Source: Candidatus Falkowbacteria bacterium (GTDB lineage Bacteria > Patescibacteriota > Patescibacteriia > Patescibacteriales > WJLG01). From it: a stretch of 64,000 nt of DNA. Within the stretch, counting starts at the first letter, position 1. Every line of letters starts with the position of its first letter. The position numbers were made by a program, and so were the translations under genes. Below the pieces are notes generated by a model that worked only from the letters and a program-made list of their open reading frames with translations, was not told the DNA's origin and did not search any database. The stretch spans positions 164,451 through 228,450 of the forward strand of contig CAVVFV010000010.1 in the NCBI GenBank assembly GCA_963747695.1, read 5' to 3'. This document shows, in pieces, positions 37,665 to 46,481 of this stretch.

Positions 37665-40040
37665 ATGTCAAAGTTTGTCAAATTTTTCAGCGAGCTGCGC
37701 ATCAAAGACGTGCCGCAGGTAGGCGGCAAGAACGCCTCGCTCGGCGAAATGTACTCCAAGCTGACCCGCAAAAAAATCCGCGTGCCCAACGGCTTCGCGC
37801 TGACGGCCGACGCTTACCGGTATTTTATGGATGAAACCGGATTAAAAAAGCATATCAAGGAAATCCTCAAAGATCTGGACACCAAAAGCGTCACCAATCT
37901 GATGGCGCACGGCAAAGCGGTGCGCGATGCGATTATGCGCGCCGAGCTGCCGGAAGCTTTGGACCGCGAGATCTTCAGCGCTTATCACAAACTTTGTAAG
38001 TCCGAAGGTCGCCCGGTTTTGGATGTCGCCGTCCGTTCCTCGGCCACGGCCGAAGACCTGCCCGACGCCTCCTTCGCCGGTCAGCAGGAATCGTTCTTGA
38101 ATATCCGCGGCGAACAGCATCTGCTTTTAGCCGTCAAAGAATGCATCGCTTCGCTCTTCACCAACCGCGCCATCTCCTATCGCCATGACAAAGGCTTTGA
38201 TCATTTCAAAGTCGCCTTGTCGGTCGGCGTGCAAAGGATGATCCGATCCGATATCGGCTCAAGCGGTGTGATGTTCACCATCGACACCGAATCCGGCTTC
38301 AAAAATACCGTTTTGATCCATTCCATCTATGGCTTGGGCGAAAATATCGTCCAGGGCCGCGTCAATCCCGACGAATTCTACGTCTTCAAGCCGAGCGGCG
38401 CGATCATTTCCCGCGCGCTGGGCAAAAAGGATCTCCGCTTGATCTATGATGTCGACCGCAACCATCCCACCAAAAATATTTCCGTGCCGGCGTCTGACCG
38501 CAATAAATTTTCTCTCGATGATGCCAACGTGAAATTACTCGCCCGCTGGGGGATGGAGATTGAAAAACATTATAACAAGCCGATGGATATCGAGTGGGCG
38601 TTCGACGGCCGCGAAAAAAGACTTTACATCATTCAGGCCCGGCCGGAAACCGTGGAGAGCGTCAAGGATCCCAACCTCATCGAAAAATACCAACTGGTCA
38701 AGGACGGCGAAATCTTGGTGCAAGGGCAATCAGTCGGCTCGAAGATCGGCGCCGGAGTGGTTAACCGCATCTTGGACGTTTCCGGCATCAAGACTTTCAA
38801 GCCCGGACAGGTTTTGGTGACTGATATGACTGATCCGGATTGGGAACCGATCATGAAGATCGCTTCGGCGATCGTCACCGACAAAGGCGGACGCACTTGC
38901 CATGCCGCGATCGTTTCCCGCGAGCTGGGAATTCCTTGCGTCGTCGGCACCAACAATGCGACGCGCAAATTAGCCACCGGCATGAAAATTACCGTTAATT
39001 GCGCCGAAGGCGAACATGGTTATGTCTATAAAGGTATTTTGCCGTTCAAGGTAACTCGGCGCAACGTCAAGAATCTCAAGCGGCCGAAAACCAAAATAAT
39101 GATGAACGTCGGCGAACCGGACCTGGCTTTCCAAACTTCGTTCATCCCCAATGACGGCATCGGCCTCGCCCGCTTGGAATTCATCATTAACAACTCCCTT
39201 AAAATTCATCCGCTGGCTTTGCTGAATTTCAACCAGCAAACGCCGGAAGTCAAAGCGCAAATCGAAAAGATCACCTTCCCTTACAAGGATAAACGGCAAT
39301 TCTTCATCGATAAGATGGCTGAAGGCGTGGCGACGATCGCCGCATCGGTCTATCCCAAAGATTGCATCATCCGCTTGTCGGATTTCAAAACCAACGAATA
39401 CGCCAACCTGATCGGCGGCAAAAATTACGAACCGGTGGAATCCAATCCGATGATCGGCTGGCGCGGCGCCAACCGTTATTATACGCCGCGCTTCGTTCCG
39501 GCTTTCGATATGGAATGCGAAGCGATGAAAAAAGTCCGCGACGGCATGGGACTCACCAACTTGAAGATTATGATCCCGTTCTGCCGCACGATCGAAGAAG
39601 GCCAGCGCGTCAAAGGGATCATGGCCCGCCACGGTTTGATCCAAGGCAAAAACGGTTTGCAGATTTATGTGATGGCGGAAATTCCGGCTAATATAATTCT
39701 CGCGGAAAAATTCGCCCGCGAATTCGACGGCTTTTCCATCGGCTCCAACGATCTCACTCAATTGACGCTAGGAATCGACCGCGATTCCGGCTCGATGCTC
39801 GGCGTTGCCGGCGTCTCTAATGAAAAGAACGAAGCGGTAAAAATATTAATCAAGCGTTTGATCGAAGTCGGCCATAAAACTAAGACCAAGGTCGGCATCT
39901 GCGGCCAGGCGCCGTCCGATTTCCCGGACTTCGTTGAATTCCTGGTCAAACTCGGCATCGATTCAATCTCCTTGATCCCCGACACAGTGATCGACACGAC
40001 GATCAATGTTTTGAAAGTTGAAAAGAAAATTCGAAGATAA
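37665..40040 (+). CDS. ppsA: phosphoenolpyruvate synthase (pyruvate, water dikinase)
   Basis: N-terminal ...VGGKNASLGEMYSKL...VPNGFALTADAYRYF, phospho-His domain GGRTCHAAIVSRELGIPCVVG, C-terminal PEP-utilising domain. 791 aa. Confidence 0.85.
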   Translation: MSKFVKFFSELRIKDVPQVGGKNASLGEMYSKLTRKKIRVPNGFALTADAYRYFMDETGLKKHIKEILKDLDTKSVTNLMAHGKAVRDAIMRAELPEALDREIFSAYHKLCKSEGRPVLDVAVRSSATAEDLPDASFAGQQESFLNIRGEQHLLLAVKECIASLFTNRAISYRHDKGFDHFKVALSVGVQRMIRSDIGSSGVMFTIDTESGFKNTVLIHSIYGLGENIVQGRVNPDEFYVFKPSGAIISRALGKKDLRLIYDVDRNHPTKNISVPASDRNKFSLDDANVKLLARWGMEIEKHYNKPMDIEWAFDGREKRLYIIQARPETVESVKDPNLIEKYQLVKDGEILVQGQSVGSKIGAGVVNRILDVSGIKTFKPGQVLVTDMTDPDWEPIMKIASAIVTDKGGRTCHAAIVSRELGIPCVVGTNNATRKLATGMKITVNCAEGEHGYVYKGILPFKVTRRNVKNLKRPKTKIMMNVGEPDLAFQTSFIPNDGIGLARLEFIINNSLKIHPLALLNFNQQTPEVKAQIEKITFPYKDKRQFFIDKMAEGVATIAASVYPKDCIIRLSDFKTNEYANLIGGKNYEPVESNPMIGWRGANRYYTPRFVPAFDMECEAMKKVRDGMGLTNLKIMIPFCRTIEEGQRVKGIMARHGLIQGKNGLQIYVMAEIPANIILAEKFAREFDGFSIGSNDLTQLTLGIDRDSGSMLGVAGVSNEKNEAVKILIKRLIEVGHKTKTKVGICGQAPSDFPDFVEFLVKLGIDSISLIPDTVIDTTINVLKVEKKIRR

Positions 40041-40052
40041 ATAAAATAAAAA

Positions 40053-40080
40053 ACACCCGGCTAGAACCGGGTGTTTTTTA
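40053..40080. terminator. bidirectional rho-independent terminator between convergent genes
   Basis: acacccgg-ctagaa-ccgggtgt with tttttta 3' and aaaaa 5'. Confidence 0.8.
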
Positions 40081-40083
40081 TTT

Positions 40084-41439
40084 CTATTCCTTTAAACGGC
40101 TTAATTTATCTTCCGCCTCTTTTATCTGTTCATCCTTGACTCTGGTGGCTAATTTATTATCAGCTATTTCCTTCTCGTTATTAACTATATCTCCTGACTC
40201 GTAAATAGTCAGCAAACGGCTTTTGAGGATATTTCTTTCGTCCTTCAAGGCGTCAAGCTCTTTCATAATGGCGGTTATTTTTTTCTCTTCATCCAATTCC
40301 CGAATGGCGTCGGCTGATTCTTCGCCCATATTCTGGATGCTGGCGATAAATCTGTCATTCGGATCTTTGCTCGTGGCCAAGCCATTCTTATCTTTTCCTT
40401 TCTTTTTTTTCATCCTCAAGTTGCCGCCATCGAGCCACGCGCCCATTATCTTATCCGAAGCCGTATCAAAATCGTCATCGTCATTAATCTTATTTTTTTC
40501 CGAAATATCCCCCATCAAAGCTTCATAAAGAGTACAGACGGCACCGCTCATCCAAGCATGGAAAACCGGCGTGATATTATTTTTTGAACATTCAGCGATC
40601 GCCTGGCGCATCGGCTTGGTTAAATGCGCTTTAACCACGGCATCTTCAATATTTATAATTTCTTTGGCTTTTTCATCGCGAAAAATCTTGTCATGAACCA
40701 CCTCCAATACCTGATTGATTCCTTTTACCCCATCAGTTTCTCCCTCGATTATAGTTTGCGACTCGCCAGGGCAACCGAACTCATCGCCGGACTCGTGGAT
40801 CATCGTCGCATCAAGGCCGAATTTCTTGGCCAGCGCCCCTACCGCCGGATCTTTCAAGACTCTGACCGGAATCTTAATATATTCATCGCCTTGCTCATGC
40901 TTGCCGCCATTCAGATTATTAGTACCTCTTAAAGCGTTCAAGTCCCAACTGATATAAAAAAATTTTTTTAGATCACTGATCGATGGTTTGCTTTTAAAAA
41001 GCTTTCTGATCATATCCTTGATGATCATTTTTTCAAAAGCCTTATTAGGCATCTTAAAATTATCAAGATAGGCATCATGAACCTCCTTGGCTTCCGCCTC
41101 GGCTTCATTCTTCAAATCCGTCTCAGAAAGCCCCTTTGCTTTCAATCGATCGATCTTTTGCTGTACTTTTTCCTTAAGCTTTGACGGCAGATGGGCGCAA
41201 TACTTTTCTACATAGTCATCAAGGTTCATTTCGCGCTTATCTTTCTCTCTTTGGCCGTCATCGGCTATTCTCTTTTCGTAGATCAAATCAATCCGCTCTT
41301 GCAGTTTTTTTTCTTTTTCTAAGATGCTTTCTGCGGATTCCGCCTTAGCTTCATTATCATTGTTTTCTAACATATATTTAAAAAATAAAAGGCAATACGG
41401 ATTAACTCCGATTGCCTGATCTTCATTTAGCCTTTTCAA
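40084..41439 (-). CDS. hypothetical protein (451 aa, charged/coiled, no recognised domain)
   Basis: Long ORF with good coding-like composition. Confidence 0.5.
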   Translation of the reverse strand: MKRLNEDQAIGVNPYCLLFFKYMLENNDNEAKAESAESILEKEKKLQERIDLIYEKRIADDGQREKDKREMNLDDYVEKYCAHLPSKLKEKVQQKIDRLKAKGLSETDLKNEAEAEAKEVHDAYLDNFKMPNKAFEKMIIKDMIRKLFKSKPSISDLKKFFYISWDLNALRGTNNLNGGKHEQGDEYIKIPVRVLKDPAVGALAKKFGLDATMIHESGDEFGCPGESQTIIEGETDGVKGINQVLEVVHDKIFRDEKAKEIINIEDAVVKAHLTKPMRQAIAECSKNNITPVFHAWMSGAVCTLYEALMGDISEKNKINDDDDFDTASDKIMGAWLDGGNLRMKKKKGKDKNGLATSKDPNDRFIASIQNMGEESADAIRELDEEKKITAIMKELDALKDERNILKSRLLTIYESGDIVNNEKEIADNKLATRVKDEQIKEAEDKLSRLKE

Positions 41440-41677
41440 TTTTGGCGAAAAGTTCGCTAAAGACTTTTTCTTCCTGTTCCTTAGTGTAGGTTTTGGGGAT
41501 ATAGCTGGGACGATACCCGGCCGAAAATGATCGAAGACCCAGGTTCCGATCTTTCATTTTGGCAACGCGGGAGCTTGACGCTGCCGCACCGTTTTTTAAA
41601 CCTTGCTTGCTTTTCACGGCCGAGCCTCCTTTCATTTTCTTTTTTTTGGGTTTATTTTTCATTTTAGCTTTGGCCAT
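41423..41677 (-). CDS. small highly basic protein (hypothetical)
   Basis: MAKAKMKNKPKKKKMKGGSAVKSKQGLKNG... 84 aa. Overlaps the downstream gene by 17 nt. Confidence 0.4.
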   Translation of the reverse strand: MAKAKMKNKPKKKKMKGGSAVKSKQGLKNGAAASSSRVAKMKDRNLGLRSFSAGYRPSYIPKTYTKEQEEKVFSELFAKIEKAK

Positions 41678-41930
41678 AGGTTTGGTGATTGGTTAAGGGG
41701 TGGTTTACTTAAATTATAAGCAAATAACGAGTTAAGGTCAAAGTTAGAAAAAAATGCGATTTTTGAAAAAGATCATTTGTTTTATGGGCATCTTCTTTGA
41801 GATGGGGCTGTCTTGAAACTACAATGATTACATAATTATGTCAATCTTGACAAATTATAATAATTATGATAGCGTTTAAACAGTTATTTTTCGTTTGCAT
41901 TCTTACCAACTTAACCGAAAGGAGATAGGT

Positions 41931-42464
41931 ATGATCAGGGTTACGGGTTTCCGGAACAGTGAATCGGGAATACATCATTTCCCGACACAAGTCGTCTCAC
42001 CAGACGATGCCTTGGCAGATCTGGCGAGTAATGAGCTGGGGTTCGGCGGCACCATCAGCGCGATCACGCCGCGGCGGGTGACGGTCACGACGCCGATACC
42101 GATGCGGTACGGAATGATTGACACGGTCAATTTCAGCGGCGGTCAGCGGGAGATGCGGAACATTATCCGGTTCTGCAGTTTCTTCCTGCTAGCCGTTGCG
42201 GAACACGATGAGCTGGCGATCGCCGGGGCGGTAACAGCGGGTGAACATCTTACCGGCGACAATACCGGGATTTTTACCTTAGCGGCGCACGTTCTGGTCG
42301 GAGGCAGCCGGGTGAATCTGGCACTGCTCTTGAACCGGGGAATTTCTGAAACGGAAATTCTAACTGCGGGTGCGGCGATCGCGACACCAGATCTGTTGGC
42401 GGCCATCCAGTTGGCTGAAGAAATGAACCTTCCCATCATGCAAGCAATCGAGCTTGCCCACTAA
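41931..42464 (+). CDS. hypothetical protein (noticeably GC-richer than neighbours)
   Basis: AAAGGAG RBS 7 nt upstream of ATG at 41931. 177 aa, Ala/Gly-rich. Confidence 0.5.
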   Translation: MIRVTGFRNSESGIHHFPTQVVSPDDALADLASNELGFGGTISAITPRRVTVTTPIPMRYGMIDTVNFSGGQREMRNIIRFCSFFLLAVAEHDELAIAGAVTAGEHLTGDNTGIFTLAAHVLVGGSRVNLALLLNRGISETEILTAGAAIATPDLLAAIQLAEEMNLPIMQAIELAH

Positions 42465-42478
42465 AAAAGGAGAACCAA

Positions 42479-42751
42479 ATGAAAGCGAAAATTTTGAGAA
42501 CTCCGCAAGGCGACCGAGTCGGATTTTGGCAGCGGCGACACCATGAAATCATGCGCGCCAAAAAAGGCAAAGGCGCTTATCGGCGTCAAAAAGAAAAAAG
42601 AGCTTACTTCGAAATGAATGTAAGCTCTTCTGTTTTTAAGCGCCATCAGTCCGATCAGGCACCCGGTAACTTCTTACGAAAAGTGTCAACAAATCTTTTG
42701 ATTACCGAATTCTCCACCGAATCGGACACAAAGGGCAGCCAGCAAGGATAA
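42479..42751 (+). CDS. small basic hypothetical protein (convergently overlaps the TolB-like gene end)
   Basis: AAAAAGGAG RBS directly upstream. 90 aa. Overlaps the minus-strand gene by ~97 nt, which lowers confidence. Confidence 0.3.
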   Translation: MKAKILRTPQGDRVGFWQRRHHEIMRAKKGKGAYRRQKEKRAYFEMNVSSSVFKRHQSDQAPGNFLRKVSTNLLITEFSTESDTKGSQQG

Positions 42752-43758
42752 TAATTATCAAGCACGAACCGGTCAATCAAGGGCTTGGGCGAAGGCGGAA
42801 GATCAGGGTTGAATTCAACCACGAAAACATCATAGTAATCGCGGACAAAAACACCAATTTTTTTTCTGACCTTCATTTGGAAAACGATCGCCTTGCCGTC
42901 CGGAGTCCAGGTCGGATTGAGGCATTCCCCGGCCACGCCGTTGACTATCAAGACGCTTTTGATGACTTGCTTCTTGCTATTCAGCAATGCAGCGCCGATG
43001 CCGACCGTACCGGCATAGTTTACTTGATAAGCAACCCAATTATTCGTCGGCGAACAGGCCGGCCGCTGGTAATTGCCGTTGGCTCCGCCCTGCATAATCC
43101 AGCGCGGATTTTTTCCGTCGCGGTCCATGATCCAAAGATCGACCACGCCGGCATGGGTGCAATCATAAACGATCTGCTGATCATCATTCGTATAGCTGGG
43201 ACTGCCGCAAAAAGTCAAATTATTGGTCAGGAGCCTCGGCTTCGGGTTTGCGCTGTCCAAGTCGGCGCAGAAAATGTCCCGGTAGCTGCCCGAACCGGTC
43301 AGATTAGCTTCAAAAAGTATATGCCGTCCGTCATGCGAACAAGCCGGATTGATATACAGCGAATCCGCGGTAATGAACATCAGGTCGGACATCGTCTTTA
43401 AGTTAAAGCGGTGGGTACGCAAATCGATCTTATTGAGATAATAGATCATTCCTTCGGAAGAAACTGCAATTCGACTGTCCAGTTTTCCGGCATAGAGAGC
43501 GATCGGCAGAATGATTTTTCGGCCAATGCCGCAAGTATCGCCGATCATCACTTCGCGGCGGACGAAACCGGCGGGAGGGAAGGTCGTACTGTCGTAATAG
43601 ATATTATCGGCGGCAAAAACGACATACGGCTGGAACGTCATCTTCGGCTTGAATATTTCCGCCAAGCGAGGGCGGTACCAATCCCAGCCGAAAATCAAAA
43701 AAACTACTAATATCACGCCGCCGACCCAGCCCAAAATTTTCCCGAGCTTCTTCATCAC
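42655..43758 (-). CDS. TolB-like beta-propeller (PD40 repeat) protein with N-terminal TM anchor
   Basis: Repeated ...SHDGRHILFEA..., ...DRDGKNPRWI..., ...TPDGKAIVFQ... PD40-like blades. 367 aa. Confidence 0.55.
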   Translation of the reverse strand: MMKKLGKILGWVGGVILVVFLIFGWDWYRPRLAEIFKPKMTFQPYVVFAADNIYYDSTTFPPAGFVRREVMIGDTCGIGRKIILPIALYAGKLDSRIAVSSEGMIYYLNKIDLRTHRFNLKTMSDLMFITADSLYINPACSHDGRHILFEANLTGSGSYRDIFCADLDSANPKPRLLTNNLTFCGSPSYTNDDQQIVYDCTHAGVVDLWIMDRDGKNPRWIMQGGANGNYQRPACSPTNNWVAYQVNYAGTVGIGAALLNSKKQVIKSVLIVNGVAGECLNPTWTPDGKAIVFQMKVRKKIGVFVRDYYDVFVVEFNPDLPPSPKPLIDRFVLDNYYPCWLPFVSDSVENSVIKRFVDTFRKKLPGA

Positions 43759-43857
43759 TCCTCCTTGTTTGGGTTTAAGAAAAAAAGAGCCGTCAATTTT
43801 TTACCGAGCTTATAGTAAAACTTATACTACTGGAAAATAATTTAGTCAACGGATAAA

Positions 43858-43884
43858 AAAACTTGCGTCAGGCGACGCAAGCTG
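43858..43884 (-). terminator. rho-independent terminator (minus strand) after the tsaD/small-gene unit
   Basis: cttgcgtc-aggc-gacgcaag. On the minus strand followed by ttttttt. Confidence 0.7.
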
Positions 43885-43886
43885 GT

Positions 43887-44108
43887 TTAACCGGAAACAT
43901 CAATCTTTCCACCCGCCTGGCCGAAAGGGTCGGGCGGCGGCGCATTCTTTTTTTTCTCAGGCGTTTCCTGCGTTTTTTCCTTTTCGCCGGCTTTCCGGCG
44001 GTCTTTTTCCGGAAGCTCGCGGCGGATTTTTTGCTTCTCCTCGATCGGCTCGGTCTTCTCGTTCTCGGGAAAAGCGTCAGGAATAACAAAAGGCGGATCA
44101 GTTCGCAT
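43887..44108 (-). CDS. small charged hypothetical protein
   Basis: AGGAGGT RBS 7 nt upstream. 73 aa, low complexity (E/K/P-rich). Confidence 0.45.
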   Translation of the reverse strand: MRTDPPFVIPDAFPENEKTEPIEEKQKIRRELPEKDRRKAGEKEKTQETPEKKKNAPPPDPFGQAGGKIDVSG

Positions 44109-44120
44109 ATATTTTACCTC

Positions 44121-45254
44121 CTATTTAAATTCTAAATTTGAATCAGCTTTTAATTTGTTCCAAGGCGTGAAAGCTTTTTTCCGGGCCCGGAAATATCCGG
44201 CCGCGGCGATCATCGCCGCGTTATCAGTAGTATACTCCAAAGGCGGGATATGACAAGCCAGGCCCAGTTTGGCCGCCGCATTCTGGAACTCTTCGCGCAA
44301 AACCAGATTGGCGGAAACTCCGCCGGCCAACATCATTGTTTTAATTTTGAATTTTTTGGCCGCCTTAACCGCTTTGCCGACCAGTGTTTCTACCACGGCT
44401 CGTTCAAATTCATGGCAATACTCCGGAACTTTATTTTTCCAATCCTGATCTTTTTGAATTTTATAAAGCAAGGCGGTCTTCAATCCGGAAAAAGAAAAAT
44501 CAAAATTCGGATCATTCAACATCGGACGAGGTAGAATTATCCCCCTCCCGGGGAAGGGTGGCCGCGCCGCGCGGACGGCTTGCCCCGAGCCCTGTCGAGG
44601 GGGGTGTGTGACGGCGTAATCAGCATAGACATTTTTAAATTCTGCCGCTAACTTCGCCACAGCCGGTCCGCCCGGATAGCCAATACCGAGAAGTTTGGCC
44701 GCTTTATCAAATGCTTCGCCAGCCGCGTCATCCCTGGTTTCGCCGATCGTCTGGAATTTGCCATGGCTTTTCATTAATATAAGCATGGTGTGTCCTCCGG
44801 AAACAGTCAGAATCAGCGCCGGGAATTTTATTTTTTCGTTGCCGATAAAATTTGCATAAATATGCCCTTCAATATGATTAACGGCCACCGCCGGAATTTT
44901 CCAGGCATAAGCCAAAGTTCGCGCCGTTTCCACGCCGACCAAAAGCGAAGTAATCAATCCTGGGCCGACCGTTACCGCCAGCGCATCAATTGCCGGCTTC
45001 GTAGGAACGCAATATTTTGCGTTCTTTTTTTGAGCGCAAGATATTGCGCTCCTACCGATCGCCTCGTTAATCACCGGCAAAATATTCAAAATATGCTCCC
45101 GGGCCGCGATTTCCGGGACGACGCCATTATATTTCCGGTGAATTTCGATCTGCGAAGAAACAACATTCGACAAAACCTTGACGGCATCTCCTTTGCCTTC
45201 AATCACGCTGGCAGCGGTCTCATCACAGCTGGTTTCGATGCCCAAAATTATCAT
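44121..45254 (-). CDS. tsaD: tRNA N6-adenosine threonylcarbamoyltransferase TsaD with two in-frame repeat insertions
   Basis: MIILGIETSCDETAASV...GVVPEIAAREH...VTVGPGLITSLLVG...FDFSFSGLKTAL. Extra segments SAISCAQKKNAKYCVPTKP (45004-45051 hairpins) and ADYAVTHPPRQGSGQAVRAARPPFPGRGII (44538-44612 GC-rich repeat) relative to canonical TsaD. Confidence 0.85.
   Translation of the reverse strand: MIILGIETSCDETAASVIEGKGDAVKVLSNVVSSQIEIHRKYNGVVPEIAAREHILNILPVINEAIGRSAISCAQKKNAKYCVPTKPAIDALAVTVGPGLITSLLVGVETARTLAYAWKIPAVAVNHIEGHIYANFIGNEKIKFPALILTVSGGHTMLILMKSHGKFQTIGETRDDAAGEAFDKAAKLLGIGYPGGPAVAKLAAEFKNVYADYAVTHPPRQGSGQAVRAARPPFPGRGIILPRPMLNDPNFDFSFSGLKTALLYKIQKDQDWKNKVPEYCHEFERAVVETLVGKAVKAAKKFKIKTMMLAGGVSANLVLREEFQNAAAKLGLACHIPPLEYTTDNAAMIAAAGYFRARKKAFTPWNKLKADSNLEFK
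44538..44612. repeat. GC-rich palindromic repeat inserted in frame within tsaD
   Basis: ccccctcccggggaagggtggccgcgccgcgcggacggcttgccccgagccctgtcgaggggggtgtgtgac. Same family as the intergenic copies. Confidence 0.7.
45001..45056. repeat. compound small palindrome (GTAGGAACGCAATATTTTGCGTTC...GAGCGCAAGATATTGCGCTCCTAC) inside tsaD
   Basis: Two tandem hairpins inside an outer GTAGGA/TCCTAC inverted repeat. Confidence 0.7.
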
Positions 45255-45382
45255 CTTGACTTTTTTATAATTATTATCTATATTATTACTAACATAAGTT
45301 AAGGAAAAAATCCAGCAATCAGCGGATTTTTATTTTTAAAAATAATTTGTAATTTATAATTTTTAATTTATAATTGATATAT

Positions 45383-45454
45383 GGTCCCTTCGTCTATCGG
45401 TTAGGACACCAGGTTTTCATCCTGGTAAGAGGGGTTCGACTCCCCTAGGGACTA
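45383..45454 (+). tRNA. tRNA-Glu (anticodon TTC), no encoded CCA
   Basis: GGTCCCTTCGTCTATCGGTTAGGACACCAGGTTTTCATCCTGGTAAGAGGGGTTCGACTCCCCTAGGGACTA. Acceptor GGTCCCT/AGGGACT (one GU), anticodon loop TTTTCAT, T-arm GGGGTTCGACTCCCC. Confidence 0.85.
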
Positions 45455-45668
45455 CGTAAAAGAAAACACTCGACCTCAGTCGAGTGTTTTCTTTTACGTA
45501 ATTTCGGGAGTCGAACTGGTTGCGAGCGAGCTATGAGCCGCGAGGGAACGAGCGGCGAATAAGCAAGCGACGCCAGACGCGACCAACGGGAGCGTTTGGC
45601 GGCAACCCCGGACAAAGGAGCGAAGCGCAATCCGGCGCCGAGCGACTGCGACGACTCCCCTAGGGACT
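45455..45668 (+). other. 214-bp GC-rich structured element X, copy 1: 21-bp perfect hairpin plus GC-rich core, ending in a 17-bp copy of the tRNA-Glu 3' end (CGACTCCCCTAGGGACT)
   Basis: Seen directly. ~96% identical to copy 2 (47420-47633). Copy differences include a compensatory hairpin change (gcgcaatccggcgc vs ggcggtttccgcc). Confidence 0.8.
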
Positions 45669-45680
45669 TCGGATAAATAA

Positions 45681-45710
45681 AAAATACTGACTTAACGCCA
45701 GTATTTTTTA
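45681..45710. terminator. bidirectional hairpin terminator (aatactgacttaacgccagtatt with flanking A/T runs)
   Basis: Downstream of cassette gene A1 on the minus strand. Confidence 0.6.
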
Positions 45711-45729
45711 TTTATCCGAATTTTTAAAA

Positions 45730-46392
45730 CTATTTTGCAAATCTAAAAGTTTCCACTATGGCTTTCATCATCGCATCCTCATTGAGTATATTAGATCCCA
45801 TTCCCGCCGTCATTGGATCAAATTCATAAATCAAGTTTCCTTTTTTAACAAAGTAGGAATAAGACCTCCCGTAAATAGAATCTTGGGAATAAAATGACAT
45901 AGCCTCATCGCTTGTAGGAATATCAACTTTGTTTAAATTTTCTGCTTTAGCCCCCTGACTAGAATATGCTTTTATAATCCAATCTTCAAGTGACAGATTA
46001 CTTACATTTTCGGATGCCGATATATTTACTGGGATATCAAAATCTCCACTAGACTTGGGGAAAATTTGCATGGAACCGCCATTTTGCAAAGATTTATCGC
46101 TTGATGTAAACGATACTATCCAATCCTTAGGAGCACTTATTTTATAACCATACTGTTTGTTTTCGTATGTTTGCCAATCGTTTTTATCGATTTTTACCGC
46201 ATCGATTTCAACTACGGTTGGGTGCTGTGAAATCGTCGAGGAAGCGATTGCAGACACCGGAGTAGAAGTGCTTATAGTTTCCTTTTTAACTTCTGGAACA
46301 GCTGAATGAGATTGATATTTAACAAAAATGATCAAACCCGCGACGATAATCAAAACAATGCCTACGCAAATAAAAATAATGTTTTTTTTCAT
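45730..46392 (-). CDS. cassette gene A1: N-terminally membrane-anchored extracytoplasmic protein, paralog of A2
   Basis: 220 aa. TM then Ser/Thr-rich linker. C-terminal ...AMMKAIVETFRFAK shared with A2 (...AMMKAIIETFRFTK). Confidence 0.6.
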   Translation of the reverse strand: MKKNIIFICVGIVLIIVAGLIIFVKYQSHSAVPEVKKETISTSTPVSAIASSTISQHPTVVEIDAVKIDKNDWQTYENKQYGYKISAPKDWIVSFTSSDKSLQNGGSMQIFPKSSGDFDIPVNISASENVSNLSLEDWIIKAYSSQGAKAENLNKVDIPTSDEAMSFYSQDSIYGRSYSYFVKKGNLIYEFDPMTAGMGSNILNEDAMMKAIVETFRFAK

Positions 46393-46481
46393 AGAATGAA
46401 ACTTTTTATTATGATAAATTTATAAATAATTAAAATAGGGGGCGGTGTTTTCTTGAACACCGCCCGATTAATAACCGATCA

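Noticed and set aside
45455-45668. tmRNA (ssrA) hypothesis for the GC-rich element next to tRNA-Glu
   Set aside because: It begins with GGGAG-TCGAAC-like sequence and ends tRNA-like, but it is present in two near-identical copies. No acceptor-stem pairing to a 5' GGGG end is present, and there is no tag reading frame ending in a hydrophobic ...AA-stop.
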